This document shows positions 42,823 to 51,734 of a stretch of 64,000 nucleotides of DNA, piece by piece. The position numbers and the translations under genes are program-made. Below the pieces are notes generated by a model. It was not told where the DNA came from, did no database searches, and saw nothing but the letters and a program-made list of their open reading frames with translations. The DNA is from Clostridia bacterium (GTDB taxonomy: Bacteria > Bacillota > Clostridia > Oscillospirales > Acutalibacteraceae), in contig JAFSGP010000012.1 in NCBI GenBank assembly GCA_017440755.1, forward strand, positions 2,283-66,282, read 5' to 3'. Each line of letters opens with the position of its first letter. Within the stretch, counting starts at the first letter, position 1.

Positions 42823-43560
42823 ATGACACACACGCTAACCCCGTCACAGCGGCTGACGGGTGCCACGGTGGAGGGGCTGTATCGGTTGACCGCACTGCTG
42901 TTGCGGTTGGTGGAGAGTACGCTGTTGCTCACCGCGTTTACGGTCAACACCCCCACCCTGTATATCGGCGCGGCGCTGGCGGCGGGGGTGTACAGTCTGG
43001 TGCTGGCGCCGCTGCGGGTGGGACGGCAGATATGGTATTGCCGTTTGGCGGAACAGCCCCGTCGCGTACCGCCTATTGCTGTCTTTTGGAGCGGTTGGCG
43101 GCATTGGCGGGGTGCTATCGGGTGGCGGTGGAGCCGCTTTTGGCGGTTGACCGCCCTACTGCTGGTCAGTGCGTCGCCCGCCGCGCTATTGTGGGGGTAC
43201 GCGGACCGCCTGACCCGTCTGGGGAATGGGGTGCAATCTCTGCTCTGGTCCCTATTGGGCACGCTGGCCCTGTTGGGCGGGCTGGGGATATGGTGTGTGC
43301 GCCGCAGTCGGTACGCCTTGGTGCCGTTGCTGCTGGCGGAGGGGCATACCGCCCCTCTGGCAATGCAGGTATCCATTGCCATGATGCGGGGACGCACCCG
43401 CGAGTGGATTAATTTTTGGGGAGAACAGGCGGGGCGATTGCTGTTGTGTCTACTGTTTCCGCCGTCCGCCTTTTGGCTGTTGCCTACCGTACACCTGTCC
43501 TATACCACCCGTCTCAACCGCTGGCTTTCACAGGGACGAAGTAAAATGCAAGCTTCTTAG
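42823..43560 (+). CDS. multi-pass membrane protein, unknown function
   Basis: GGGAGGTGGGAG RBS then ATG 42823. Trp/Arg-rich loops between hydrophobic segments. Confidence 0.55.
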   Translation: MTHTLTPSQRLTGATVEGLYRLTALLLRLVESTLLLTAFTVNTPTLYIGAALAAGVYSLVLAPLRVGRQIWYCRLAEQPRRVPPIAVFWSGWRHWRGAIGWRWSRFWRLTALLLVSASPAALLWGYADRLTRLGNGVQSLLWSLLGTLALLGGLGIWCVRRSRYALVPLLLAEGHTAPLAMQVSIAMMRGRTREWINFWGEQAGRLLLCLLFPPSAFWLLPTVHLSYTTRLNRWLSQGRSKMQAS

Positions 43561-43626
43561 GGGCTTGCATTTTATTATGGGTTTTTATATAATATACCTG
43601 TACTGTTTCCAAAAAGGAGAGTCCTT

Positions 43627-44211
43627 ATGAAAAAGAAATTCTCGCTGTCCCGTCTTAACACGGCTTTGCTGTGGGTTACCGCGTTGTGGGGGCTGGTATT
43701 GTTGATAGACACGGTGAAAACCGTGGTACATATGGCGCTGTGCTTTGTGGTGTTTGCGGTGCTGATAATGGCTCACACCGCCTCTCACAGCAAGGTTGCC
43801 CGCGTGGTATCCCGCGCGCTTTGCCTGGCGGTGCCGCTGGTGTTTGCGGTGCTGTTCTGCGTGTATATCGGGTTTTACCTGTCTGCCCTGCGGACGGGGG
43901 ACGGCACGGTGGCTTTGTCCGACCGCCCTGCCACCATTCTGGCGATTATCGGGGCACCGATGCTGTGCTGGCAGCTGCCTGCCGCCGGCACGCTGGCGGC
44001 AAAGGGTGGTCGCTACGACGTGTGGGTGATGCGGGTGCTGTATGCAGCGACGGCGGCGATGGCGGTGTACGTCTGCTTCGGCACACCTGCCGCGTATATT
44101 CCGTGGCATTGGGAGGCACCGCTACTGCGCTACGTTTGGGTGGCGGTGGCCGTTATCGGCTGCGTGCTCGGCTGGTTCCCCACAGAGAAAAAAGAAAAAG
44201 GCGAAGCCTGA
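43627..44211 (+). CDS. multi-pass membrane protein, unknown function
   Basis: AAAGGAGAG RBS. Six hydrophobic segments and a Lys/Glu tail. Confidence 0.55.
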   Translation: MKKKFSLSRLNTALLWVTALWGLVLLIDTVKTVVHMALCFVVFAVLIMAHTASHSKVARVVSRALCLAVPLVFAVLFCVYIGFYLSALRTGDGTVALSDRPATILAIIGAPMLCWQLPAAGTLAAKGGRYDVWVMRVLYAATAAMAVYVCFGTPAAYIPWHWEAPLLRYVWVAVAVIGCVLGWFPTEKKEKGEA

Positions 44212-44230
44212 GCTTCGCCTCTGAGATTTA
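44195..44230. terminator. hairpin between convergent genes
   Basis: GGCGAAGC-ctga-GCTTCGCC. The TGA stop of the upstream gene lies in the loop. Confidence 0.45.
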
Positions 44231-44923
44231 TGTATTTTGCAGATTCTTCTCTGCGGTGTGCAGCAGATTGAGCAGGGAATTGGCAAACTGGGGATACTGC
44301 CGCGTCAGGTCGTCGGGCAGGATATGGGGCAGATTCTCTGCCGTGACCCCTTCTTCGCCGTCCACCGTGTGACCGCAGGCCAGGCGGCCCGCCTTAACCA
44401 CCGAGCAGGCCGTCGCGGCGACGGCATCGGTGACGTACCGATATTCCTCGACCGAGAACATCGCCGTGGGATTCTTGCTGTTGGCGGCATAGATTTGCCG
44501 AAATACCAGATAGGTGGTCTGGATAAGGGCGTTAGATGCCTCTACGGTGAGCGCCTTGTTGCCGCACTTCTGCAGCAGGTCAAAAAGAATGTGCAGAGAA
44601 TTAACGACCAGCTTTTTATTGAGGGTGGGCAGTACGCCGCCCGCCTGCATGCGGCTATCCCGAATGGCGGCATCGTGGTCGGGAATTTCGTCCACGGCTA
44701 TCATGGCGCCGGTCTTGTCGGCAGCACGCCCTAACAGGTAGTCACAGGACACGCCGTAATACTCCGCCGCGTGGACCACAAAGTCCAGACCGCATTCGCG
44801 AATGCCCTTTTCGTAGTGGGACAACAGCGCCTGAGAGATATGCAGGTCGGCAGCGGCCTGTTTTTGGCTGATGCCCCGCTCTTTACGCAGCAGGGTCATA
44901 ATACGTGGAAATGCGGCATTCAT
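44228..44923 (-). CDS. XRE-family transcriptional regulator with C-terminal domain
   Basis: AAGGAG RBS before ATG 44923. LRKERGISQKQAAADLHISQALLSHYEKGIRECGLDFV. Confidence 0.75.
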   Translation of the reverse strand: MNAAFPRIMTLLRKERGISQKQAAADLHISQALLSHYEKGIRECGLDFVVHAAEYYGVSCDYLLGRAADKTGAMIAVDEIPDHDAAIRDSRMQAGGVLPTLNKKLVVNSLHILFDLLQKCGNKALTVEASNALIQTTYLVFRQIYAANSKNPTAMFSVEEYRYVTDAVAATACSVVKAGRLACGHTVDGEEGVTAENLPHILPDDLTRQYPQFANSLLNLLHTAEKNLQNT

Positions 44924-45080
44924 GGCGAAAACTCCTTCATAGCGATAAAAAACCCCAAAAAGGGGTGCACGACAAATTCTACTGGAAAACCCGCTGTTTG
45001 TCAAGAGAAATTTTACAGATAGTTGAATTTCGGCGAATTATCACAAAACCGCCGTGAAATTTCGGCAAAAGGAGCAGATT

Positions 45081-45701
45081 ATGAAGACCTACAAAATTCA
45101 TCTTATCCGCCACGGCATCACCGAGGCGAACCAAGACGGGCGGTACATCGGGCGCACCGACCTGCCGCTGTCCCCCGAGGGGCTGGCGGCGCTGTTGGCG
45201 CTGAAGGAGAAGTACCAATACCCCGGTGGCGTGCGGTTTTTCACCAGCCCGCTTACGCGGTGCCACCAGACCTTAGAGGTGCTGTATCCCGGCTGTGCCC
45301 CCGAGGTGGTGGACGGCCTTGCGGAGTGCGATTTCGGCGAATGGGAGGGCAAAAGCATCGCCCAGCTCAAGACCGACGAGCGGTTTCTCCGCTGGATGGA
45401 GGGGGCAGACCGCACCATTCCCGGCGGAGAGGACAGCGAGGCGTTTCGCGCCCGTGTGTGTGCCGCCTTTGAGGGCATTGTGAGCGACCTGTTGCACAGC
45501 GGGGACACCGAGGCGGTGGTGTGCACCCACGGCGGCGTTATCACCCTGCTGATGCAGATGTACTCGTTGCCCCGCCTGCAGCCGAAGGACTGTCTGGCAA
45601 GTCCCGGACAGGGATTTACCCTGCGGGTCACCCCCTCGGTGTGGATGAATGAACCTCTGGCGGAGGCATTGTGCATTATCCCTTGGGAGAAGAAGGACTG
45701 A
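45081..45701 (+). CDS. histidine phosphatase (phosphoglycerate mutase-like) family protein
   Basis: AAAGGAG RBS. MKTYKIHLIRHGITEANQDGRYIGRTDLPLS carries the RHG motif. Confidence 0.8.
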   Translation: MKTYKIHLIRHGITEANQDGRYIGRTDLPLSPEGLAALLALKEKYQYPGGVRFFTSPLTRCHQTLEVLYPGCAPEVVDGLAECDFGEWEGKSIAQLKTDERFLRWMEGADRTIPGGEDSEAFRARVCAAFEGIVSDLLHSGDTEAVVCTHGGVITLLMQMYSLPRLQPKDCLASPGQGFTLRVTPSVWMNEPLAEALCIIPWEKKD

Positions 45702-45801
45702 AAGCAATGCCTCCGAGCAGAGATGAGGGAACAGCCGCTATGCGGCTGTTCGGGCACGGCATAGGAAGGGCGAGATGAGGAAACACCTGAGATGCCGTGC
45801 A

Positions 45802-45841
45802 GGAGGCATTGTGTATGATTCCGTGGGAGAAGAAGGACTAA
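45802..45841 (+). repeat. diverged duplicate of the last 40 nt of the phosphatase gene
   Basis: GGAGGCATTGTGTATGATTCCGTGGGAGAAGAAGGACTAA versus 45662-45701 GGAGGCATTGTGCATTATCCCTTGGGAGAAGAAGGACTGA. Confidence 0.6.
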
Positions 45842-45842
45842 T

Positions 45843-45898
45843 TCACCCCTCACTCCTCACTCCTCACCCCTCACTCCTCACTCCTCACTCCTAACTCC
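45843..45898 (+). repeat. heptanucleotide tandem repeat (TCACYCC) x8
   Basis: TCACCCC TCACTCC TCACTCC TCACCCC TCACTCC TCACTCC TCACTCC TAACTCC, read directly from the sequence. Confidence 0.9.
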
Positions 45899-45968
45899 TC
45901 TTGTCACTTTGCACAAGAAAAATTTGCGATAACCGTAAATCGTTGCGGAATATTTTTGCCAAAACCTA

Positions 45969-45997
45969 TTGTACAAGCACAAAAAAAGCGGTATAAT
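45969..45997 (+). promoter_or_regulatory. putative fba promoter
   Basis: TTGTAC, 17-nt spacer, TATAAT. Confidence 0.55.
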
Positions 45998-46039
45998 AAT
46001 AACGCAAAAAAACCACGTATCATCAAGGAGGACGAAACT

Positions 46040-46975
46040 ATGGCACTGGTAAACACCAAAGAAATGTTCAAAAAAGCCTACGAGGGCGGCTACGCGGTAG
46101 GCGCTTTCAACGTCAACAATATGGAGATCGTGCAGGGTATCATCGGCGCTTGCAAGGAGCTGAATTCTCCCGTTATTCTGCAGGTGTCCGGCGGCGCCCG
46201 TAAGTATGCCAACCACGCGTTCCTGTATCATATGGTGCAGGCGGCTGTGGAGGATTCCGGTCTGCCGATTGCACTGCATCTGGACCACGGCAACAGCTTT
46301 GAGCTGTGCAAGGATTGCATTGATGGCGGTTTCACCTCCGTGATGATCGACGGTTCTCATCTGCCCTACGAGGAGAACGTGGCCCTGACCAAGAAGGTGG
46401 TTGACTACGCTCACGAGCGCGGTGTCACCGTAGAGGGCGAGCTGGGTCAGCTGGCGGGCATCGAGGACGACGTCAATGTGGACGCCGACAAGGCTTCCTA
46501 CACCGACCCCGATCAGGTGCAGGATTTCGTTTCCCGCACCGGCGTGGATTCTCTGGCCATCGCCATCGGCACCAGCCACGGCGCCTTCAAGTTCAAGCCC
46601 GGTCAGAAGCCTCAGCTGCGCTTTGACATTCTGCAGGAGATTATGGACCGTCTGCCCGGCTTCCCCATCGTGCTGCACGGTGCTTCCTCCGTTATGCCGG
46701 AGTACGTTGCCACCATCAACCAGTACGGCGGCAAGATGGACGATGCCATCGGTATCCCTGAGGATATGCTGCGTCAGGCGGCTTCCATGGCTGTCTGCAA
46801 GATTAACGTGGACTCCGACCTGCGTCTGGCTCTGACCGCCGGTATCCGCAAGCATCTGGCGGAGAACCCCACCCACTTCGACCCCCGTCAGTATCTGGGT
46901 GACGGCCGCGCCTGCATTCAGGAGGTCGTGGCTCACAAGATTAAGAACGTTCTGGGCAGCGTCGACAAGGCCTAA
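46040..46975 (+). CDS. fba: class II fructose-1,6-bisphosphate aldolase
   Basis: AAGGAGGA RBS. MALVNTKEMFKKAYEGGYAVGAFNVNNMEIVQG with LHLDHG and GTSHGAFK motifs. Confidence 0.9.
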   Translation: MALVNTKEMFKKAYEGGYAVGAFNVNNMEIVQGIIGACKELNSPVILQVSGGARKYANHAFLYHMVQAAVEDSGLPIALHLDHGNSFELCKDCIDGGFTSVMIDGSHLPYEENVALTKKVVDYAHERGVTVEGELGQLAGIEDDVNVDADKASYTDPDQVQDFVSRTGVDSLAIAIGTSHGAFKFKPGQKPQLRFDILQEIMDRLPGFPIVLHGASSVMPEYVATINQYGGKMDDAIGIPEDMLRQAASMAVCKINVDSDLRLALTAGIRKHLAENPTHFDPRQYLGDGRACIQEVVAHKIKNVLGSVDKA

Positions 46976-46989
46976 ACAGATATTTTTAC

Positions 46990-47032
46990 GGCAGGCGCGG
47001 AGCCCACTCTGCGCCTGTCGTTCCCTTTTTTC
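46990..47032 (+). terminator. probable terminator
   Basis: CAGGCGC..GCGCCTG stem with a T-rich tail TCGTTCCCTTTTTT. Confidence 0.45.
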
Positions 47033-47051
47033 GTAACAAGGAGGTGCCGCT

Positions 47052-47819
47052 ATGCTGCTGGTACTGGATATGGGCAATACCAATATTACCTTAGGTGTGT
47101 TCGAGGGAGCGCGGCTGCTGCTGCAGTCCCGCCTTGCTACCGACCGCAAGAAGATGGAGGACCAGTATGCGGTAGAGCTGATGGACCTGTTCCGCCTGTA
47201 TAAGCTGGAGGCGGCCGCCTTTAGCGGGGCTATCCTTTCCTCGGTGGTGCCGCCGCTTAACCACGTGCTGTGCTCGGCGGTGCAGAAGGTCACGGGGCTG
47301 ACCCCCCTTCTGGTGGGTCCCGGCACCAAGACGGGCATCAATATCCGCATCGACAATCCCGCCACCTTGGGCGCCGACCTGCTGGTTGGTGCGGTGGCAG
47401 CGGTGGAGCGGGTGGGATACCCCTGCATTGTGTGGGATTTGGGCACCGCCACCACCGTCACCGTGGTGGATAAGGAGGGGGCTCTCCGCGGCGGCGCGAT
47501 TCTGCCCGGTGTGACCACCGCGCTGAACAGCCTGACCGAGCATACCTCTCTGCTGCCTCACATCAGCGTGGACGCTCCTGCCACCGTCATCGGCGCTAAT
47601 ACCAATGCCTGTCTGCAATCGGGCGCGGTGTTCGGCACCGCCGCCACCATCGACGGCATGAATGCCCGCATCATGGAGGAGCTGGGGTATACAGCCCCCG
47701 TTATCATCACCGGCGGACTGGGACGGGAGATTGCTCCCTGCTGCCGCAGTGAGGTGACATACGTCAGTGAGTTGTTGCTGGACGGTCTGCGGCTGATTTA
47801 TGAGAAGAATAAGAAATAA
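47052..47819 (+). CDS. coaX: type III pantothenate kinase
   Basis: MLLVLDMGNTNITLGVF... and GGLG near the C-terminus. Confidence 0.9.
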   Translation: MLLVLDMGNTNITLGVFEGARLLLQSRLATDRKKMEDQYAVELMDLFRLYKLEAAAFSGAILSSVVPPLNHVLCSAVQKVTGLTPLLVGPGTKTGINIRIDNPATLGADLLVGAVAAVERVGYPCIVWDLGTATTVTVVDKEGALRGGAILPGVTTALNSLTEHTSLLPHISVDAPATVIGANTNACLQSGAVFGTAATIDGMNARIMEELGYTAPVIITGGLGREIAPCCRSEVTYVSELLLDGLRLIYEKNKK

Positions 47820-47945
47820 ATTCGTATAACGGCGGCTGTTTTGTGCGGTGCAACCCCTCGGGTGCGCCAGCACGACCGAGCAGAAGCTTTGTTATAAAAA
47901 TCTAAGCGTCGTATCCGTGAGGAACGACAGTAAGGAGTGTTTGTT

Positions 47946-48548
47946 ATGTCAAAAACCCAAGCGAAAACCCTGCGATTGGTGCAGCTGGCACTGCTGGCGG
48001 CGATTATCGTGCTGTTGCAGCAGATTGTCATTCCCCTGCCCGGTGGTCTGACTCTGTCCCTTGTACTTATCCCCATCGTGGTGGGCGCGGTGCTGTTCGG
48101 TCCTGCCGCCGGTGCCGTTTTAGGCGGTGTATTCGGCGTGGTGGTCACTATTCTGGTGATGACCGGACGGGCGGGCGAATTGTCCACCATGATGTGGATT
48201 GCCAACCCGCTGATGACTGCCTTTGTTTGCCTGCTGAAGGGTGTCGCCGCCGGCTGGGTAGCGGGCTTAGTCGCCGCCGCGTTTAAGAAACGGCAGACGG
48301 GCGGTATTTTCCTCGCCGCCGCCGTCGCTCCCGTTGTCAATACCGGCATTTTCCTGTTGGGTATGCTGACGGTGTTCCGCGGGGTGATGATGGAATTTGC
48401 GGACAAGATTGGTATGGGCGGCACTACAGCGGTGTATTTCGCCATTGTGGTGCTTGTGGGTGTCAACTTCATCGTGGAGTTCGCCGCTAACCTGATTTTG
48501 TCTCCCGCCGTGACCAGCATCGTCAAAGCGGTCAAAAAAATGGGATAA
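47946..48548 (+). CDS. ECF transporter S component (substrate unknown; pantothenate is plausible from context)
   Basis: AAGGAG RBS. Six hydrophobic segments; RLVQLALLAAIIVLLQQIVIPLPGG. Adjacent to coaX. Confidence 0.6.
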   Translation: MSKTQAKTLRLVQLALLAAIIVLLQQIVIPLPGGLTLSLVLIPIVVGAVLFGPAAGAVLGGVFGVVVTILVMTGRAGELSTMMWIANPLMTAFVCLLKGVAAGWVAGLVAAAFKKRQTGGIFLAAAVAPVVNTGIFLLGMLTVFRGVMMEFADKIGMGGTTAVYFAIVVLVGVNFIVEFAANLILSPAVTSIVKAVKKMG

Positions 48549-48549
48549 G

Positions 48550-48587
48550 AAAAGGTCCTCGTTGCATAGCAACGAGGACCTTTCTTC
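48550..48587. terminator. bidirectional terminator
   Basis: AGGTCCTCGTTGC-ata-GCAACGAGGACCT. Confidence 0.7.
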
Positions 48588-48595
48588 TAAACGGA

Positions 48596-48937
48596 TTAGT
48601 TAGCGGCGGGACCTGCCAGCTGGTTCAGATCATTCTGCATCATACAGAAGTTGACGATGCCCAGACCAACCAGACCGAGGATCAGGTACAGGACGGAGTT
48701 ATCCTTGTGGGCAATACCCTTTTCCGCGCAGCCCTCTGCCAGCTTCTTCTCGCACATAAAGAAGCCCAAGAAAGGCAGGAACAGCATCAGCACGATCTCC
48801 AGCACAGCGTTGTCGGAAGGATCCTTTACGGAAACCGCCTCGCGAGCCAGACAGATCGTCCAGTAGATGCCGTAGATGCCGCAGGTGACGATGGTCAGGA
48901 TGACAGCGGTTACGATGTTTCTGCTTTTGATGTTCAT
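48596..48937 (-). CDS. DUF4234-like small membrane protein
   Basis: AGGAGG RBS before ATG 48937. IVTAVILTIVTCGIYGIYWTICLAREA matches the DUF4234 signature (GIY..YW). Confidence 0.65.
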   Translation of the reverse strand: MNIKSRNIVTAVILTIVTCGIYGIYWTICLAREAVSVKDPSDNAVLEIVLMLFLPFLGFFMCEKKLAEGCAEKGIAHKDNSVLYLILGLVGLGIVNFCMMQNDLNQLAGPAAN

Positions 48938-49072
48938 AAATATAACCTCCTCAATTGGTTTATTATATATTACCACTTCTTTCCGCCTGTTGTCAATATT
49001 TATCACAATATCTTGTCATTTTCCCGCGAAAAGAGTATACTGTATTCAATATTTGTCGCAAGGGGGGATCCT

Positions 49073-49471
49073 ATGGAAAAGCAGAGCCGATACAGCGAAA
49101 AACGCCGCCTGCTTATTGTGTTGGCGGGTGCGGCGATCATAGGGTTGCTGGGGATAGGGTACGGCGCGCTGGTAAGGGTCGGTATCGGGCTTTCCTGCCC
49201 ATTCTACACCCTGTTCGGGTTGCGCTGCCCCGGGTGCGGTATTTCCCGTGGGATGGCGGCTCTGCTGGCGGGGCGGTTTGACCGTTTTTTGGAATATAAT
49301 CTGCTGGCGCCGCTTATCGTGTTCTATATCCTATGGGTATGCTTCTTCTGCGCCAAACAGTATGTAAAAACCGCTAAATGGGCATACCGCTCCCCCTGCA
49401 AATGGGTGGATATCCTCACGCTGGTGTTGGTGGTGGCATGGTGGATCCTGCGGAATATTGTCGGGCTGTAA
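49073..49471 (+). CDS. DUF2752 domain membrane protein
   Basis: CPFYTLFGLRCPGCGISRG is the CPxCGxxR motif typical of DUF2752. Confidence 0.7.
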   Translation: MEKQSRYSEKRRLLIVLAGAAIIGLLGIGYGALVRVGIGLSCPFYTLFGLRCPGCGISRGMAALLAGRFDRFLEYNLLAPLIVFYILWVCFFCAKQYVKTAKWAYRSPCKWVDILTLVLVVAWWILRNIVGL

Positions 49472-49504
49472 AAAAGGAACCTCGCTACCCCGAGGTTCCT
49501 TTTC
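49471..49504. terminator. bidirectional terminator
   Basis: GGAACCTCG-ctaccc-CGAGGTTCC with flanking A- and T-runs. Confidence 0.7.
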
Positions 49505-49505
49505 A

Positions 49506-50159
49506 TTATACCTTCTCGATCACTTTGCCGATCCACTTGCCGTTAATCGGCAGGAACAGCCCTGCCACGGGACCGACCAGAGCGACGCACACCACGGTGC
49601 CAAGGCCCACGGAGCCGCCCAACAGCCAGCCAATCAGCACGAACAGGGCGTCCACGATGATACGCACGATGCTGAATTTCCGCTTCAGCTTGTCGGCGGT
49701 CACCACCGCCACCAGATCGTTGGGACCGGTGCCCGCGTCGGATTTAATTACGATGGTCATGCCGAAGGCGAGAATGGCGCAGGCGACCACCAGCATGGGG
49801 ATTGCCAGCCACAGCGACGGCTTGTCGGGGAAGAGGGGAGACAACAGCAGGGTGAACAGGTCAATAATGGGTCCCCCCGCCGCCATACACACCACCGTGC
49901 CGATTTTGATGTAGCTGCGGTCAATGAATAGCAGCGCTACGATAATCAGCAGACACAGGGTCATATGTACGTTGCCGTGGGTGAGCAGGCTGTGGTCGAG
50001 GACGGTGTCCAGCGAGCGGAACACCCCCTGCACCAGCACGTTAAAGGGGTCGGTGCCTTGATTTGCCAGAATAAACAGGGTCACGCCGAAATGGGCGACG
50101 GTCAAACCTACTAACAGAATCAGCAGACGGACGACGGTTTCCTTTACACTTCGTTTCAT
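49506..50159 (-). CDS. YczE/YitT-like integral membrane protein
   Basis: AAGGAGGG RBS before ATG 50159. LVGLTVAHFGVTLFILANQGTDPFNVLVQG. Confidence 0.5.
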   Translation of the reverse strand: MKRSVKETVVRLLILLVGLTVAHFGVTLFILANQGTDPFNVLVQGVFRSLDTVLDHSLLTHGNVHMTLCLLIIVALLFIDRSYIKIGTVVCMAAGGPIIDLFTLLLSPLFPDKPSLWLAIPMLVVACAILAFGMTIVIKSDAGTGPNDLVAVVTADKLKRKFSIVRIIVDALFVLIGWLLGGSVGLGTVVCVALVGPVAGLFLPINGKWIGKVIEKV

Positions 50160-50210
50160 AGCCAACCCTCCTTTTTTGCCAGTATAGCATAACATAGAGG
50201 AGGCTGTCAA

Positions 50211-51140
50211 TCACAAGAGAGCCGACAGCACCAGCATTTCCCGTGCTTTTTCGTAGATGCTTTCAAAATCCTCTATCGGCAGAGGATTAACCCCTCGCCC
50301 CAGCTCGATGGTGAAGCCGGGGCGACCGTAGCAGGCGATAAACCAATCCTTAAACCCGCCGTGGGACGCCATTCCCTCGGGGTGGGTGACGGTGTAGCCG
50401 GAGGCGGCACCCAGCACCTGCGCCATAATGCGGCTTTGTGGCGGGGTACGGTCGCCGTAGGACCAGTAGATTTCTTCTCCCTGGCTGTGCAGCGCCACCA
50501 CATGGCGGAACCGCCATTGGCGGCACAGGTTGGTCACCGCGCGGGTTTCCGGCTCGCTTTCGGGGGAGGGACCGCTATATTGCCGTGGTCCCGCCGCGGT
50601 TTTGCCGTTTTTTTGCGCTAAGGCTTGCATTTCTGCCCATCCTGCGTTAAAATTATGGTTGATATCCACCCCGCGGGCGTTGGCCTGCCACAGACCGTGG
50701 GTGTCGCCGCCTGTTTGGGCGACAAAAGAGGCATACTCCCCCGCGGCGGCACTGCCGTAGCGGGCAATATGCACCCCGTCGGGGTTTATCAGGGGGAAGA
50801 ACCAGATTTGCCGCCCTTGCAGAGCCCGTCCCACCGCGATATCGCAAAGGGTGAGGTCGGCGGTGAGACTGGCACATAGCTCCTCGCACAGCCGCAGGGC
50901 ACACAGGGCGGTGAGCCACTCCTGCCCGTGAAAGGCGGCGGCGACCAGTACCCGTTGGGGGTGGGGTTGTGCCTCGGCATTGAGCACCAATACGGGTAGC
51001 TCCCGTCCCAACAGACTGGACCCCGCGCACACCGTCTGCAGGCAGGGATACCTCCCGCACAGGGCGGTGCACAGCCCGCGGACCACCCCGTAGTCGACGG
51101 GCTGTGGCTGTACCAGCCGCGGCAACGAATCTATGCGCAT
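50211..51140 (-). CDS. M14-family zinc carboxypeptidase (gamma-D-glutamyl-diamino acid peptidase-like)
   Basis: AAFHGQEW (HxxE zinc motif), INPDG and GVDINHNF. Confidence 0.75.
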   Translation of the reverse strand: MRIDSLPRLVQPQPVDYGVVRGLCTALCGRYPCLQTVCAGSSLLGRELPVLVLNAEAQPHPQRVLVAAAFHGQEWLTALCALRLCEELCASLTADLTLCDIAVGRALQGRQIWFFPLINPDGVHIARYGSAAAGEYASFVAQTGGDTHGLWQANARGVDINHNFNAGWAEMQALAQKNGKTAAGPRQYSGPSPESEPETRAVTNLCRQWRFRHVVALHSQGEEIYWSYGDRTPPQSRIMAQVLGAASGYTVTHPEGMASHGGFKDWFIACYGRPGFTIELGRGVNPLPIEDFESIYEKAREMLVLSALL

Positions 51141-51178
51141 ATCACTCACCTCGTTTTTGATGTATGGGAGGAAAATCA

Positions 51179-51733
51179 ATGGATACCTTGACCGAAAAAA
51201 CCCTATCACAGACCACCGCCTTTCAGGGGCGGTTGCTCCGCCTGCGGGTGGACGAGGTCCGTCTGCCTGACGGGAGCACCGCCGGACGCGAGGTGGTGGA
51301 GCACCCCGGCGGCGTGGCGGTGCTGGCGCTGACCGACACCGAGGAGGTGCTGCTGGTGCGGCAGTTCCGCTATCCCTACGGCGAGATACTCACCGAGATT
51401 CCCGCGGGCAAGCGGGAGGCGGGGGAGGAACCGCTGGTTACGGGTATGCGGGAGCTGGCGGAGGAGACCGGCTATCGGGCGGACAACTACACCTTTTTGG
51501 GTACCCTGTATCCCACCCCCGGCTACTGCGACGAGGTGATTTATTTGTATATGGCCACCGACCTGCACCTTGTGGACGCCCACCCCGACGAGGACGAGTT
51601 TTTGGAGGTGGGGCGTATGCCGCTGGCACAGCTGGTGGACCTGGTGCTGGATAATCGCATTCCCGATGCCAAAACGCAGACCGCCGCGCTCAAGGCGTGG
51701 TGCTTGCTTAAGAAAAGAAAGGACGGAAACTGA
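51179..51733 (+). CDS. nudF: NUDIX hydrolase, ADP-ribose pyrophosphatase-like
   Basis: GKREAGEEPLVTGMRELAEETGY Nudix box. Confidence 0.85.
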   Translation: MDTLTEKTLSQTTAFQGRLLRLRVDEVRLPDGSTAGREVVEHPGGVAVLALTDTEEVLLVRQFRYPYGEILTEIPAGKREAGEEPLVTGMRELAEETGYRADNYTFLGTLYPTPGYCDEVIYLYMATDLHLVDAHPDEDEFLEVGRMPLAQLVDLVLDNRIPDAKTQTAALKAWCLLKKRKDGN

Positions 51734-51734
51734 T

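Noticed and set aside
45878-47518. 546-aa minus-strand ORF opposite fba and coaX
   Set aside because: It is antisense to two motif-supported genes and runs through the heptamer repeat.
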